From positions 4,480,001-4,544,000 of the forward strand of contig CP170459.1 in assembly GCA_047947115.1 (NCBI GenBank): a DNA stretch of 64,000 bases, given 5' to 3'. This document shows, in pieces, positions 40,941 through 50,405 of this stretch. Position numbers and translations under genes: made by a program. Origin of the DNA: Verrucomicrobiota bacterium. GTDB taxonomy: Bacteria > Verrucomicrobiota > Verrucomicrobiia > Limisphaerales > AAA164-E04. The notes beneath the pieces were generated by a model. It ran no database searches, was not told where the DNA came from, and was given only the letters and a program-made list of their open reading frames with translations. The stretch's first letter is position 1, and every line of letters begins with the position of its first letter.

Positions 40941-41651
40941 TTAAGGGTTTTTATTGATTGATTTGGATACGCGTCTGATCCAACGCGGTGTATGCCGTTC
41001 TCCAATGGGGCGACCGAAACCGATGGGATAATCCTCTATCATGTCTGCGCCATGATCGCCGGGTTCAGTTTCAACGACGTGATCAAAATCTCCCAACACA
41101 TGTTTGGTGGACAAACCAGCACGTTCCAACAAATCCTCCCAAACCTCTGAGCGCGGCCCCGGTCCGGCAGCAAGCACAGGACTGGCGGGCACACAAGATT
41201 TGCGCCCCAACCAAATGCCCCATTTGGGATCACTCAGGGCGTTTGCGATTTCAACCAACACAGCTACCGGGCCATCAAGCAACACACCGAAACGGGCGTC
41301 GAGCAAGTAGTGTCGATAAGTCAAGACGGTGGCATCAACCGCAACTTTGCCGCTGGCGCGGCGAATACCTGTAACCGTGTGGTAGTCCTCCAACCGTCGC
41401 ATGGGGAGAGATCGGTTTTGGCAGCTTGTTCGCATTAACGTCACCGTTGTTAATTGTAGTGAAGCAAAGCATTTCATGTGGTTCGCTTCCTCAGTGCCAT
41501 GTTTGTCGATCCCCATGGCTGCGGCGATAAGGCCAAGCACACCACTGCGAGTTGGGTGCAAAGCAGTTGTCCGACGGCCGAAACGCGAAGCATGTCCCCA
41601 CGATTGCATGGGACCGTCCAGTAACAACGCTAGACAGACATCAGATGACAT
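40941..41651 (-). CDS. cas5: Type I-E Cas5 (CasD)
   Basis: L.GPMQSWG...R.T...PTRSGVLGLIAAAMG, DYHTV, R.YL.DA.F and LGRKSC.P motifs. Confidence 0.95.
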   Translation of the reverse strand: MSSDVCLALLLDGPMQSWGHASRFGRRTTALHPTRSGVLGLIAAAMGIDKHGTEEANHMKCFASLQLTTVTLMRTSCQNRSLPMRRLEDYHTVTGIRRASGKVAVDATVLTYRHYLLDARFGVLLDGPVAVLVEIANALSDPKWGIWLGRKSCVPASPVLAAGPGPRSEVWEDLLERAGLSTKHVLGDFDHVVETEPGDHGADMIEDYPIGFGRPIGERHTPRWIRRVSKSINKNP

Positions 41652-42720
41652 TCTGTGTAAGGGCCTCACAAAAGGCGTTAAGGTTGATATCTGGTAGAAT
41701 GACCTCAGCATCACAGGTAATGTCCCAGGTCTCTTTAAGTTTGGTGTGATGAGCTTTCAGTGCCTCCACCGAAGCTTCCAGCAGGCCGCTCTTAGCACGG
41801 ACCGGCGATTCGAAGGCATTGACTAATTGTAAGGGTTGACCAGTAGACTTGTAAATTCCTAGCACAAAACCGGGTCGCGTGTTGGCATTCATGGAATTTT
41901 TCCGCGCGCCGGGGACAGCTTCCAGAGTGGCACGAATGAAACCATCCACTACCTTGCGTCGCTCTTCAACTGACAACTTTGCCAAATGTGCTTCGTCAGC
42001 AAGGAGGCCGAGGTTCACTGCAGCATATCGATAATAAACAGCGGAGGAGAACTCCAGTGTACCGATCATCCCCGCACCAGCATCATCTTCCTTGGGCTTT
42101 GCATCGTCCAAGGCGGAATAGAAGTCGAGATCGCTGTCCGCCAAGTGGGTGGAAAGAGCGTGGCTGTACATGGCCGCTCCTTCCAGTGTGAGCGAGGGTA
42201 AACTGGCAACCATGCGTCCAAAAAGAGCGATGTCGGCGCCATCGACAAGCCCCGCTTTTTTGCATAGTTTGTCGAGATTCTTCTCATAGTCCTTGGCTTT
42301 TGGGTTGGACCTTACTAACTCGGCAACCTGTTGCGCGACGGAATCGATCTCTGAAGGCGCGAGAAAGATCAACGTACCTACCTGAGGAATTCGTCCGTCC
42401 TTGACGGACTTGGTGTCGATTTTGGCCAATTTGTCAGCAATATTGACAGCATGTTCGGCAGCTACTTTATCATCAGTAATACCGTGCTTCTGTAAGGCAT
42501 CCATCAGCGGCTGTACAATGAGCTTGGTGCGACTACCGTTGAATTTTGCATCCGGAAGATTGGCCTGAGCGTATTCGCGAATCGCTCGCTTTAACGACTG
42601 ACTGGAAATCCGAGCGCGGTTGACACCACCGAACACGGCGGCTTTAGGAGATCCCACGTCATCTCGATTAAGGCAAGAAACGGGGAAAGACTGGAGGATG
42701 TGCAATTCAATGAGTTTCAT
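41641..42720 (-). CDS. cas7: Type I-E Cas7 (CasC/Cse4)
   Basis: HILQSFPVSCLNRDDVGSPK, RARISSQSLKRA, DIALFGRM and AGMIG..EF.SAVYYRY motifs. Confidence 0.96.
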   Translation of the reverse strand: MKLIELHILQSFPVSCLNRDDVGSPKAAVFGGVNRARISSQSLKRAIREYAQANLPDAKFNGSRTKLIVQPLMDALQKHGITDDKVAAEHAVNIADKLAKIDTKSVKDGRIPQVGTLIFLAPSEIDSVAQQVAELVRSNPKAKDYEKNLDKLCKKAGLVDGADIALFGRMVASLPSLTLEGAAMYSHALSTHLADSDLDFYSALDDAKPKEDDAGAGMIGTLEFSSAVYYRYAAVNLGLLADEAHLAKLSVEERRKVVDGFIRATLEAVPGARKNSMNANTRPGFVLGIYKSTGQPLQLVNAFESPVRAKSGLLEASVEALKAHHTKLKETWDITCDAEVILPDINLNAFCEALTQNVI

Positions 42721-42753
42721 ATTCTGTTTTGTATCGATTAAATATTATCTTGA

Positions 42754-43422
42754 TCAAAGGTTGAGAGGAGCCAGAACAAGCAGTCCAAATCCAAACGCCT
42801 TGGCCGAACCGATACCGGTTGCAACTGCTTCGCGGAACTGTAACGAATCCGTAACAGTCAATTCTCCTTGAAATTCGACGGCATTGTGCGTGCCATGCGT
42901 GTGGGCGTCCTTGTGAAAGAACTCGCGACCACGCGGGATGGTGCGAAGTGAATCCCTGTTTAGGGCGAATCCGGCTACTTCAGCTTTGCGGTGAAGCCAC
43001 GCGATAAGGTCTCCACGCTTGGTAATGGCAAGACGACGACCATTTTTTGTACGTTCACCCGCTTTGTTCGATCGAACCTTGCGCGTGGGATTGGCCAATA
43101 AGCTGAAACGGTAGGAAGAATGCTCGAAAAAGGCGTCCGGAATGGGTTTCGTCCCAAAGCTATCAGTCGGGCACCAGTCAGGCTTACGCGGAATGTTCCG
43201 CGAAAGGATCAAAACCTGAAAGCACAAATCCTTCCGGTCCACCCGCGTGAGGAAATCACGGGGCTGTCTGTCTGTTCCACCAAATGCAAGCCAGATCTTC
43301 TGGTGCCAATCGTAGGTATCCCGGATGCGAAGCAAACGGATAGCATCCTCATAAGAGACTAGGATCTGAGTTAGATGCAGCGCCTCGACAGCAACAGTCG
43401 AAGGAGTTGTAGCGGTAATCAT
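42754..43422 (-). CDS. cas6: Type I-E Cas6e (CasE/Cse3)
   Basis: Y.WHQ.IW, F.L.ANPT and C-terminal GIGSAKAFGFGLL glycine loop. Confidence 0.95.
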   Translation of the reverse strand: MITATTPSTVAVEALHLTQILVSYEDAIRLLRIRDTYDWHQKIWLAFGGTDRQPRDFLTRVDRKDLCFQVLILSRNIPRKPDWCPTDSFGTKPIPDAFFEHSSYRFSLLANPTRKVRSNKAGERTKNGRRLAITKRGDLIAWLHRKAEVAGFALNRDSLRTIPRGREFFHKDAHTHGTHNAVEFQGELTVTDSLQFREAVATGIGSAKAFGFGLLVLAPLNL

Positions 43423-43973
43423 ATGTTAGCTAGTTGGATGGGATTTTCTGGGGTAGCGGCGTCTGCGGTATCGATTCCGGAACGCCAGAAGGAACGAGCC
43501 CATTGCACGCGAATATCGTCTGCATACCAGCGCCAGTTCCAAAGGTCGGCGAAGAGCGATTCGTAATTCACGCCTATACCTTTACCTGAGGCAAGACGTA
43601 TCCATGAACGCAATTGCTCCACGAGGTCGGAGGGCTCACCAGAAACGATAAGTCGTCGGAAGCGCCGCTCGTAGCTCTCGGGTAGTGCATTATCGGGCGA
43701 GTGAGCGATCGCAATCGCGCGGCACGTATCACCAAAGTTGCGCACATTGGATCCTTCAGGATGTGTTGCAAACAGCGCAGCAATATCAACGTGCACGGAT
43801 TCACCAGGCTGTCCAATACTTCCGCCGAGGCCGACGACCACAGGCCAGGCATTGACGACGGTGGAGCGGCTGAGACCGCGACGCAATGCCGCCATCTTAC
43901 CGCGGTTGTTTTGAATGCGGCGAAGTCTTGCAACGAAGTCAGCAGCACGCTCACTAGGCTTGATTTTGCTCAT
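43419..43973 (-). CDS. cse2: Type I-E Cse2 (CasB/Cas11)
   Basis: RG.MAALRRGL, ERRFRRL and VNY..L..DL..W...IRVQWA..FW motifs. Confidence 0.92.
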   Translation of the reverse strand: MSKIKPSERAADFVARLRRIQNNRGKMAALRRGLSRSTVVNAWPVVVGLGGSIGQPGESVHVDIAALFATHPEGSNVRNFGDTCRAIAIAHSPDNALPESYERRFRRLIVSGEPSDLVEQLRSWIRLASGKGIGVNYESLFADLWNWRWYADDIRVQWARSFWRSGIDTADAATPENPIQLANI

Positions 43974-45450
43974 ACAAATTTCCTTTCTTGTTTTTGGCGA
44001 TTTTGGGTTTTGGGACAGCATTCAGGCGTCTCAGTCCAAGGGCATAGGCCTGAATCTGGCGAGGCGTCTGGCGTGGACAGGATTGTTGATAGGCCTCAAG
44101 TGCGGCGGAGCGGACTGCTTTCCCCCAACCCGATTCAGGGAGTTCCTCGTCAATAGTGAATTCACGAGCAACATCAAACAGTTCAGGAAGACTTTGCTCG
44201 GTGATGGTCCAGAAGTGTTGACGAGCTTTGTTATAAGCCGGAGAAAGCACTTCGAGTTGCGAGGCGTAGACTTTCACTGCTTGAATCAGGATAGATTCTG
44301 CGATCTCGGCGTATTTAACGCCTCGTTCGTAAGCAAGGCGCCCGGGCGTGTCGAGCATTGAACGCGGTATGCGATATTGAGCTTCCACGACATCTTCGAT
44401 CTTAGCCTTGTCCGTAACCAATGCCCCCACCCAAAGGCCCACTTCCGAGAAAGTTACTTCGTGGGATAGCGCCAAAGGGCCTGATATCGAATCGCCGGAA
44501 GACCGTCGACGAATTGTTACGGGAGCCAATTGGCGCCAGAGACTTCGGTCTGTCGAGGCAGGCATCAATCCGTAATCATCCTTCTTTTGGATAATCGTGG
44601 CAGTTGCTTCGCGATAGGTAGGAAAGATCGGATAATCCAGTCCGTTGGCTAGAAGCATCTTGTTTCCGTCCTCGGCCAAACAGACGAAGCGAGTGAGAGG
44701 GACCAAGCGCCCCAGATATGAGGAAGAGGCGTTTTCTAAGGCTGATTGATCAGCGGCGTCAATAGGGGGACAATCCCATATAGGCTTTCCAAATCTCGAA
44801 TAAACATCTCCAACTATCGCCTTGGTCAACAAATTCAAATGGATGGTATCTAATAGGGAATCGCCAAGCAACAACGCATGGAGCATGCTGGAAGATACAC
44901 ATGGAGCGTGGTTACTAGATCCTTTTCCGAGAGTATCTTTACCATGCCACTTCGCAACGCCAATACGCCCCCCGGGAGAAAAACACTGAAATGTCAGTAG
45001 ATTGAGAGCAGCGCGAGAAGCGGAGACCGATCTGTTATCCCCGGCAGAATTGTCGAAAAGAGTCGAGTTGTTACCTGTAGCGAGTGAGAGATCAAGCTTG
45101 GTGGATGAGTTCCCCTCATCTGTATCCTTGCTAGGCTTGAGATTTGAAACCTGCAGAAACCTTTCACTGTCACCGAACAAGTCGAATTTAGTTTTCCTAT
45201 TCTCCAAATACTCCTTCACTAGAGGTTGGATACTTTGCAAGCAATCCTCCCAATCCTCTTCATCCTGAGGACCATCTAATGCGGCCTGTGATATACAAAT
45301 TAACAGACGCATGAGAGCAATGCGTTCGTGTGGTTTCACGGCAAGGTCCCGGAGCTCGTGGGCTTGCGCGAACATCTCTTGCAAGCTGTAAAGCATGCTC
45401 TTGCCGTTATGGCAAACGGCTGGGATCCACGGATCACTGGTCAAATTCAT
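43954..45450 (-). CDS. cas8e: Type I-E Cas8e (CasA/Cse1)
   Basis: MNL..DPWIP, FDLF....FLQ, GNN.TLFD, LL.FQCFS.GG and RSLWR motifs. Confidence 0.93.
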   Translation of the reverse strand: MNLTSDPWIPAVCHNGKSMLYSLQEMFAQAHELRDLAVKPHERIALMRLLICISQAALDGPQDEEDWEDCLQSIQPLVKEYLENRKTKFDLFGDSERFLQVSNLKPSKDTDEGNSSTKLDLSLATGNNSTLFDNSAGDNRSVSASRAALNLLTFQCFSPGGRIGVAKWHGKDTLGKGSSNHAPCVSSSMLHALLLGDSLLDTIHLNLLTKAIVGDVYSRFGKPIWDCPPIDAADQSALENASSSYLGRLVPLTRFVCLAEDGNKMLLANGLDYPIFPTYREATATIIQKKDDYGLMPASTDRSLWRQLAPVTIRRRSSGDSISGPLALSHEVTFSEVGLWVGALVTDKAKIEDVVEAQYRIPRSMLDTPGRLAYERGVKYAEIAESILIQAVKVYASQLEVLSPAYNKARQHFWTITEQSLPELFDVAREFTIDEELPESGWGKAVRSAALEAYQQSCPRQTPRQIQAYALGLRRLNAVPKPKIAKNKKGNLYEQNQA

Positions 45451-48067
45451 CGTCGTCTTCACTCCAGGGTTCAGGTTCAGTATGTGGGCGGGTCTTGGCG
45501 GAATGATCGACGAAAACGCCGAAGTCCGGGTGATAGGATGTTGAAGATTTTTCCTCGCCAAAAATGAGATAACCATCGTCAGCCATGCATGCGACTACAG
45601 CATCGTGAGAAACGTGCTCCGTCAACCAGTGTGGACATTGCGCGTCTGACGGCACCAACCACTTGGGTACACGTACGAACCATCTGTGAAGGAACCGGGC
45701 AGCATGGATGCTCCACTCGAAATCGGAAATATTCAAGGTGGATTGTTTGGTGTCCAATGCAGTGAGTCTCCACTGATTAGACGGAAGTTGTTCGATGGAT
45801 TGAAGGATTACCAGAGGGACAGTAGGAGGCCCTTTACGTCGAGTTAGCACTCCATCGTCGTCCGCATTGAGCATGGGAAGGCCTAAAACACGCATGGCAG
45901 ATTCCGCATTGAGGGCGAGCTTTCTTTTCTCAGTCTCCATCATTTCGTACAGTTCAGACCAGCCACATGGTTCATCGTCGGCAGGAAGGGCGTAAGTAGC
46001 TTCAAGGACTTCACGGATTTGAACAGGCACAATAATCTTCGAACGACCTTGCCAGACCTGAGCGCTACGAAGGAGCACATAGGGGGCGTAAACTCTGCCG
46101 CTTCGACCGAGGGCGATTCTCAGCATCTTTGAATTCGCGTCCTCGTCAAGTTGGGGGAGCCGAATCCAAAATTCTGGCTCTTCGGCAGTGCGCTGCCCAA
46201 GCGGACGTTCGTGACGCCAAAGCCGCCCCATACGCTGAACTATCATGTCAGTGGGAGCCAGATCGGACACAATAAAATCGAGATCAATGTCGACACTTTG
46301 TTCGACAACCTGCGTAGCGATCAAGATGGACCCCGGGCCGTCTGATGAACGGTTTTTACCCAGGTGATTCAACCAGTCCTTTTCCAACTCCTGTCTTCGT
46401 TCGAAAGGAAAGCGAGCATGCAGCAAACCTAATTTCACATCCCCCTCTCGCATCTCATCTTTCAGTGCACGAAAGCCCTGTTGTGCTTCTATGACCGTGT
46501 TGCGGATCCAAAGGACATGCTGACCAGCTTCGGCACGGTCGATGAGTTCTTCAAGGACAGTTTCCGTTGAAATTTCCCCAACATGAATTTTAATGGGATA
46601 TGACTTGATCCATTCCGGCTCATGATATTTCACCCCCCCACCCGGAACCGCCTCGGTGACGAGAGGATAAGCGTCAGGGCTTCCAGATTCTGAGCAGCCA
46701 GCGGATGCCAATAGCTCTCGCCTCCTTTGGGTGGTGAGTGTGGCACTGAGAATGATGACAGAGCAGCCGAGATGCAAAAGTTCACGAACCAAGGCACACA
46801 CTAGTGTGCCAGTATAAACGTCGTAGGAATGAATCTCGTCGAGAATCACCACTTTACCTGCAAGACCGAACCTGCGGACAAAGAAATGCTTGACTGTCAC
46901 CATGCTTTGTAAAGCTTGATCGATCGTTCCAACACCGTAAGGCGCAAGAAGTGCTTGCTTACCAGACGCAAACCATGATCGAGCTTCACGAAGTTCATCT
47001 GCAGGATCTTCACCGTCTTTAGGGTTACTAAAACTATAATGAGCTTGTCTAAGCTTTATAACTGGAGTTACTTCTAGCCAAGCATGACTATGAGCAAGGC
47101 GAAGGTGTGCGGTGTCCTCGATTACGTTTTCAAGAAAATCTGCAACACGCAAGTGAATGCGATTACTGGTTACCTGAGTAGGTAAGGCAAAGTAAAATCC
47201 ATGGTGGTGGCCGGCATTAATCCACTTTTGAGCAACATGAAGGGCGGCCTCGGTTTTACCGCACCCCATCGGGGCTTCAACAATGACGATGCCTGGCTTG
47301 GTGACAGCAACACATTGCTGAACCGAATTCGGCTCGAATCCGGGCGAAATCTTTGATGAAAATGCTTTATCGAATGCAGTAAGCCGCAATTTTCCTCCAG
47401 GCCAGCCTATGACTGCCAGCGCTCTCTTTGCCTGCTTTCGAGCCTGCGACAAAGACACACCACGTTCAGATGAAAAAAATTCTTCATTTGAACCAATCCA
47501 GTCAGCAACCGTAATCAATCCGGCCAACAACCAAAGATCGGAATGGTATCGACTGAATCGTTTACTAGGTGCTTCGGCTGGAAGCGGCCCGAATATCTGA
47601 ATCAATTCTGCAGCAACAGCTTGACGGTGAACCGACGCCCAATCGCCGGCAGCTTCGAATTCGAACCTGGCGTTTCGTCCCTTAGGCCGGCCATGGTGCG
47701 CTCCGACGGCAGCGGCCCAAAGATGGGCCTTGGAAGGCTTGAGCAGAGTTTGAAGAAAAACCTGGCTGACAAGCGCGTGATCCGAAACTGATGCGGTGGC
47801 CATTCTCCTGATGGACTCGTCGAGCTCGACTGGAAACCGCCACTTAGCACATTTCATTTGAAACCCAAGCGTGATTTTCCCAATGTCATGCAGTGCCGCC
47901 AAAATTGAAGCCCCCTCAGAAAATTCCCTTTTCACGTTCTCTGGTAATAAGGAAAGGAAAGCTTCCGCCACGAACCCAACATTTACGCAATGGTCAAAGA
48001 CAGACAAACCCGGTTCTCCAGAGGGAGTTGTCTTTGCCCAGAACTGATTATAATTAAGCTGGTTCAT
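45434..48067 (-). CDS. cas3: Cas3 HD nuclease-helicase
   Basis: WAKT, HDIGK, HHG, ADWIGS, APMGCGKTEAA, DEIH, SAT and QRMGRLWRH motifs, all apparently intact. Confidence 0.97.
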   Translation of the reverse strand: MNQLNYNQFWAKTTPSGEPGLSVFDHCVNVGFVAEAFLSLLPENVKREFSEGASILAALHDIGKITLGFQMKCAKWRFPVELDESIRRMATASVSDHALVSQVFLQTLLKPSKAHLWAAAVGAHHGRPKGRNARFEFEAAGDWASVHRQAVAAELIQIFGPLPAEAPSKRFSRYHSDLWLLAGLITVADWIGSNEEFFSSERGVSLSQARKQAKRALAVIGWPGGKLRLTAFDKAFSSKISPGFEPNSVQQCVAVTKPGIVIVEAPMGCGKTEAALHVAQKWINAGHHHGFYFALPTQVTSNRIHLRVADFLENVIEDTAHLRLAHSHAWLEVTPVIKLRQAHYSFSNPKDGEDPADELREARSWFASGKQALLAPYGVGTIDQALQSMVTVKHFFVRRFGLAGKVVILDEIHSYDVYTGTLVCALVRELLHLGCSVIILSATLTTQRRRELLASAGCSESGSPDAYPLVTEAVPGGGVKYHEPEWIKSYPIKIHVGEISTETVLEELIDRAEAGQHVLWIRNTVIEAQQGFRALKDEMREGDVKLGLLHARFPFERRQELEKDWLNHLGKNRSSDGPGSILIATQVVEQSVDIDLDFIVSDLAPTDMIVQRMGRLWRHERPLGQRTAEEPEFWIRLPQLDEDANSKMLRIALGRSGRVYAPYVLLRSAQVWQGRSKIIVPVQIREVLEATYALPADDEPCGWSELYEMMETEKRKLALNAESAMRVLGLPMLNADDDGVLTRRKGPPTVPLVILQSIEQLPSNQWRLTALDTKQSTLNISDFEWSIHAARFLHRWFVRVPKWLVPSDAQCPHWLTEHVSHDAVVACMADDGYLIFGEEKSSTSYHPDFGVFVDHSAKTRPHTEPEPWSEDDDEFDQ

Positions 48068-48288
48068 TAGCTCGAAAGGTCGTTAGATTTTCTTTTTCCA
48101 ACAAGATTTTTTTGTTAATTAATTCGGGCTAAGTTTTAAACAAACATAGAGCTCGTTTGTCGTCAACACAAACAAACAGACCGATCAGATATTCACGATC
48201 ATTTCTAGGCTTCATACAAGTCTATCTCGGAAATCGAGCTTGCACCAAAAATCTTTAAACAGATTCAAAAAAAAAATTCTTCGTCCGG

Positions 48289-49413
48289 TTAGCGGATCCA
48301 ACAAACCTCCCCAAATCCGCAAGGAGATCTTACCATAGACCCAGATTCCAACACCCAAAGTAACTCCTGCTCAGGAGCGCGATCGGGTATTGAGCCATAA
48401 CCATCTGTAAAATACACCAGCAAGGCATCATCATGGTCGGGATGTTCCATCTCCTTGAAAAATGGTCTGAAATCAGTTCCTCCGCCCCCTTTGGGCAGCA
48501 AGGCCTCTTGATCCTCCAGATCATACGGGCCATGCAGTTCGGTGTCAGCGTAGTAAATTAACAGGTCCAAGTGGGGGTATGAAGCAACAATGCCACGTAG
48601 TTCTGCCATGAATTTTCCCAGGTCTTGGGGGCTTATCGACCCACTGGTGTCGATGCAAACCCGGACCTTGAGGCTCTCTCCCTGCAGGTCCTCGAGGTAG
48701 AGACCGGAACCGATGAAACGACGATCGAATCCATCAAAATCGACTTGGCTACTGGCAAGAAACCGCCAGAGGAGGGTGCGCCAGTCGAGCGACGGTTCCA
48801 GAGCTTCATCCACCGCCCGAAGAAGACCTGCGGGCAGTTGTCCAAAAGCGTCTTCCCCTGTGAGCATGCGGGCCCGTGAAAAAGCCGATGCCCAGAATGT
48901 TCTTTGTTCGCGTTCTTCTGAGGCGTCATCGATTCCTGCACCGTCATGGTTTGAACGGGTCCGAACCAGGTCGTGCCATTCAGCACTGAGGGTGTAGGGC
49001 TTGCTGTATGTGCTGAGTCGATCATAGGCTTCCTCAACTTCAAGATCTTTGAGCCTGAAATCTTCTATAGGGCTGAAGGGCAACTCCAGATCCTTTATCT
49101 CACGGACCATTCCGTTGATGACAATGTCAGCGGCGATATTCCATTGTTCGGGATCCCTTTGTCCGCACCTTGAGGAGTGGCGGAGGGCAGCGTGAAGTAT
49201 CTCATGCACCATGACGCCATCGAGTTCTCGGGCATTGATGGAACAGACAAATTGAGGATTGAACCTGATCCATTTACCATTGGTGCACGCCGTGGGTATT
49301 GCCTCATCCAAATGGTGATCGATGAACAGTGCCAGAGCTCCAAAGAATGGTTGACGGGCTCGTAGTCTCACGAGAGATCCTTCCAGCCGCAGGGTTGCTT
49401 CTTCAGTGCTCAT
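48289..49413 (-). CDS. DUF2201-type putative metallopeptidase with C-terminal vWA-like domain
   Basis: TACTNG, HEILH (HExxH), WNIAAD.VIN, IDTSGS (MIDAS), GGGTDF and FTDGYG motifs. Confidence 0.9.
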   Translation of the reverse strand: MSTEEATLRLEGSLVRLRARQPFFGALALFIDHHLDEAIPTACTNGKWIRFNPQFVCSINARELDGVMVHEILHAALRHSSRCGQRDPEQWNIAADIVINGMVREIKDLELPFSPIEDFRLKDLEVEEAYDRLSTYSKPYTLSAEWHDLVRTRSNHDGAGIDDASEEREQRTFWASAFSRARMLTGEDAFGQLPAGLLRAVDEALEPSLDWRTLLWRFLASSQVDFDGFDRRFIGSGLYLEDLQGESLKVRVCIDTSGSISPQDLGKFMAELRGIVASYPHLDLLIYYADTELHGPYDLEDQEALLPKGGGGTDFRPFFKEMEHPDHDDALLVYFTDGYGSIPDRAPEQELLWVLESGSMVRSPCGFGEVCWIR

Positions 49414-50405
49414 GCGGCTTGCAACAGGTGTTTGAGAAACGGTTTAAGTTTGGGTTCATTGGCCAGTATGGTGGCCAGTTCTCCAAGTTGCCCGTTGCTT
49501 TTTGCTCTCGAATAAACGACGTGGATAAAAAGTTGACACCACTCAGGTTTTGCCTGACTGACCAGCCACGAGAAAGCAAAACGGATGGCCTCTGACTCAG
49601 TCGCGCGATGCCCTAGTCCAAGAGTCAGCGCATACCGCTGTGAAGGCTCATTCGGAAAGTCGATTTTTGCGCCACAACCGTTCAGGATGTGCTCAAGATT
49701 AGGCAAGTCCTGATAGACCTTTAGAAAGGATTCAAACTCTAGAGCGGTTCCATCACCCACGGCTGCCGTTATTGGGCTGCCTATAGTGTGCAACTCTGAA
49801 GCCATTTGCCATGTGCGCGGGGACGGCCATGCGGAGTTTTTAGTATCCAACTGGTGCAGGAGTTCAGGTCGATAATTGATGAATGCAAGAACTTGTTCAT
49901 GAATGCCATTGTCAATTGCCCAATGTCTGAAACTTGTCAGATCGGGCTCCACTTCAAAGTGCAGGAATCGGTTGGCCAAAGGAGCTGGCATCTGGTGAAC
50001 CGAAGCACGATCTTCTCTTCGATTGCCAGCAGCCCAGATCACCCAGCCATCGGGCACGCTGTAGCTGCCGACTTTACGATCCAAAATCAATTGCTGTGCG
50101 ATGCCCTGAATGGCCGGAGGAGCCAAGTTGATTTCATCCAGAAATAATATCCCTTTACCCTCTTGTGGCAGGAATTCCGGTGGGAGCCAACGCGCCGTCT
50201 CACCGGAAGCCACAGGCAATCCCCGCAGATCAGTAGGCGCTAGTTGGCTGAGACGCAGGTCGATGATCTCGAGATCTTGTTGCCTTGCTAAATCTGCGAC
50301 AATGGAAGATTTACCAATGCCAGGAGGTCCCCAGATCATCACCGAACGATGGATCTTGTGTTCAAGTAGTTTAGTAAGTTGTTGATGAAGTTGGGTGGGT
50401 GTCAT
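49410..50405 (-). CDS. MoxR-like AAA+ ATPase partnered with DUF2201
   Basis: WGPPGIGKS, DLRGLP, LFLDE, AAGNR, PLANRF and PSPRTW motifs. ATGA-coupled to both neighbours. Confidence 0.9.
   Translation of the reverse strand: MTPTQLHQQLTKLLEHKIHRSVMIWGPPGIGKSSIVADLARQQDLEIIDLRLSQLAPTDLRGLPVASGETARWLPPEFLPQEGKGILFLDEINLAPPAIQGIAQQLILDRKVGSYSVPDGWVIWAAGNRREDRASVHQMPAPLANRFLHFEVEPDLTSFRHWAIDNGIHEQVLAFINYRPELLHQLDTKNSAWPSPRTWQMASELHTIGSPITAAVGDGTALEFESFLKVYQDLPNLEHILNGCGAKIDFPNEPSQRYALTLGLGHRATESEAIRFAFSWLVSQAKPEWCQLFIHVVYSRAKSNGQLGELATILANEPKLKPFLKHLLQAA

Noticed and set aside
48068..48288. ACAAAC/GTTTGT repeats upstream of cas3 as a mini-array or promoter
   Set aside because: No similarity to the CRISPR repeat, and no -35/-10 pair with proper spacing could be supported.
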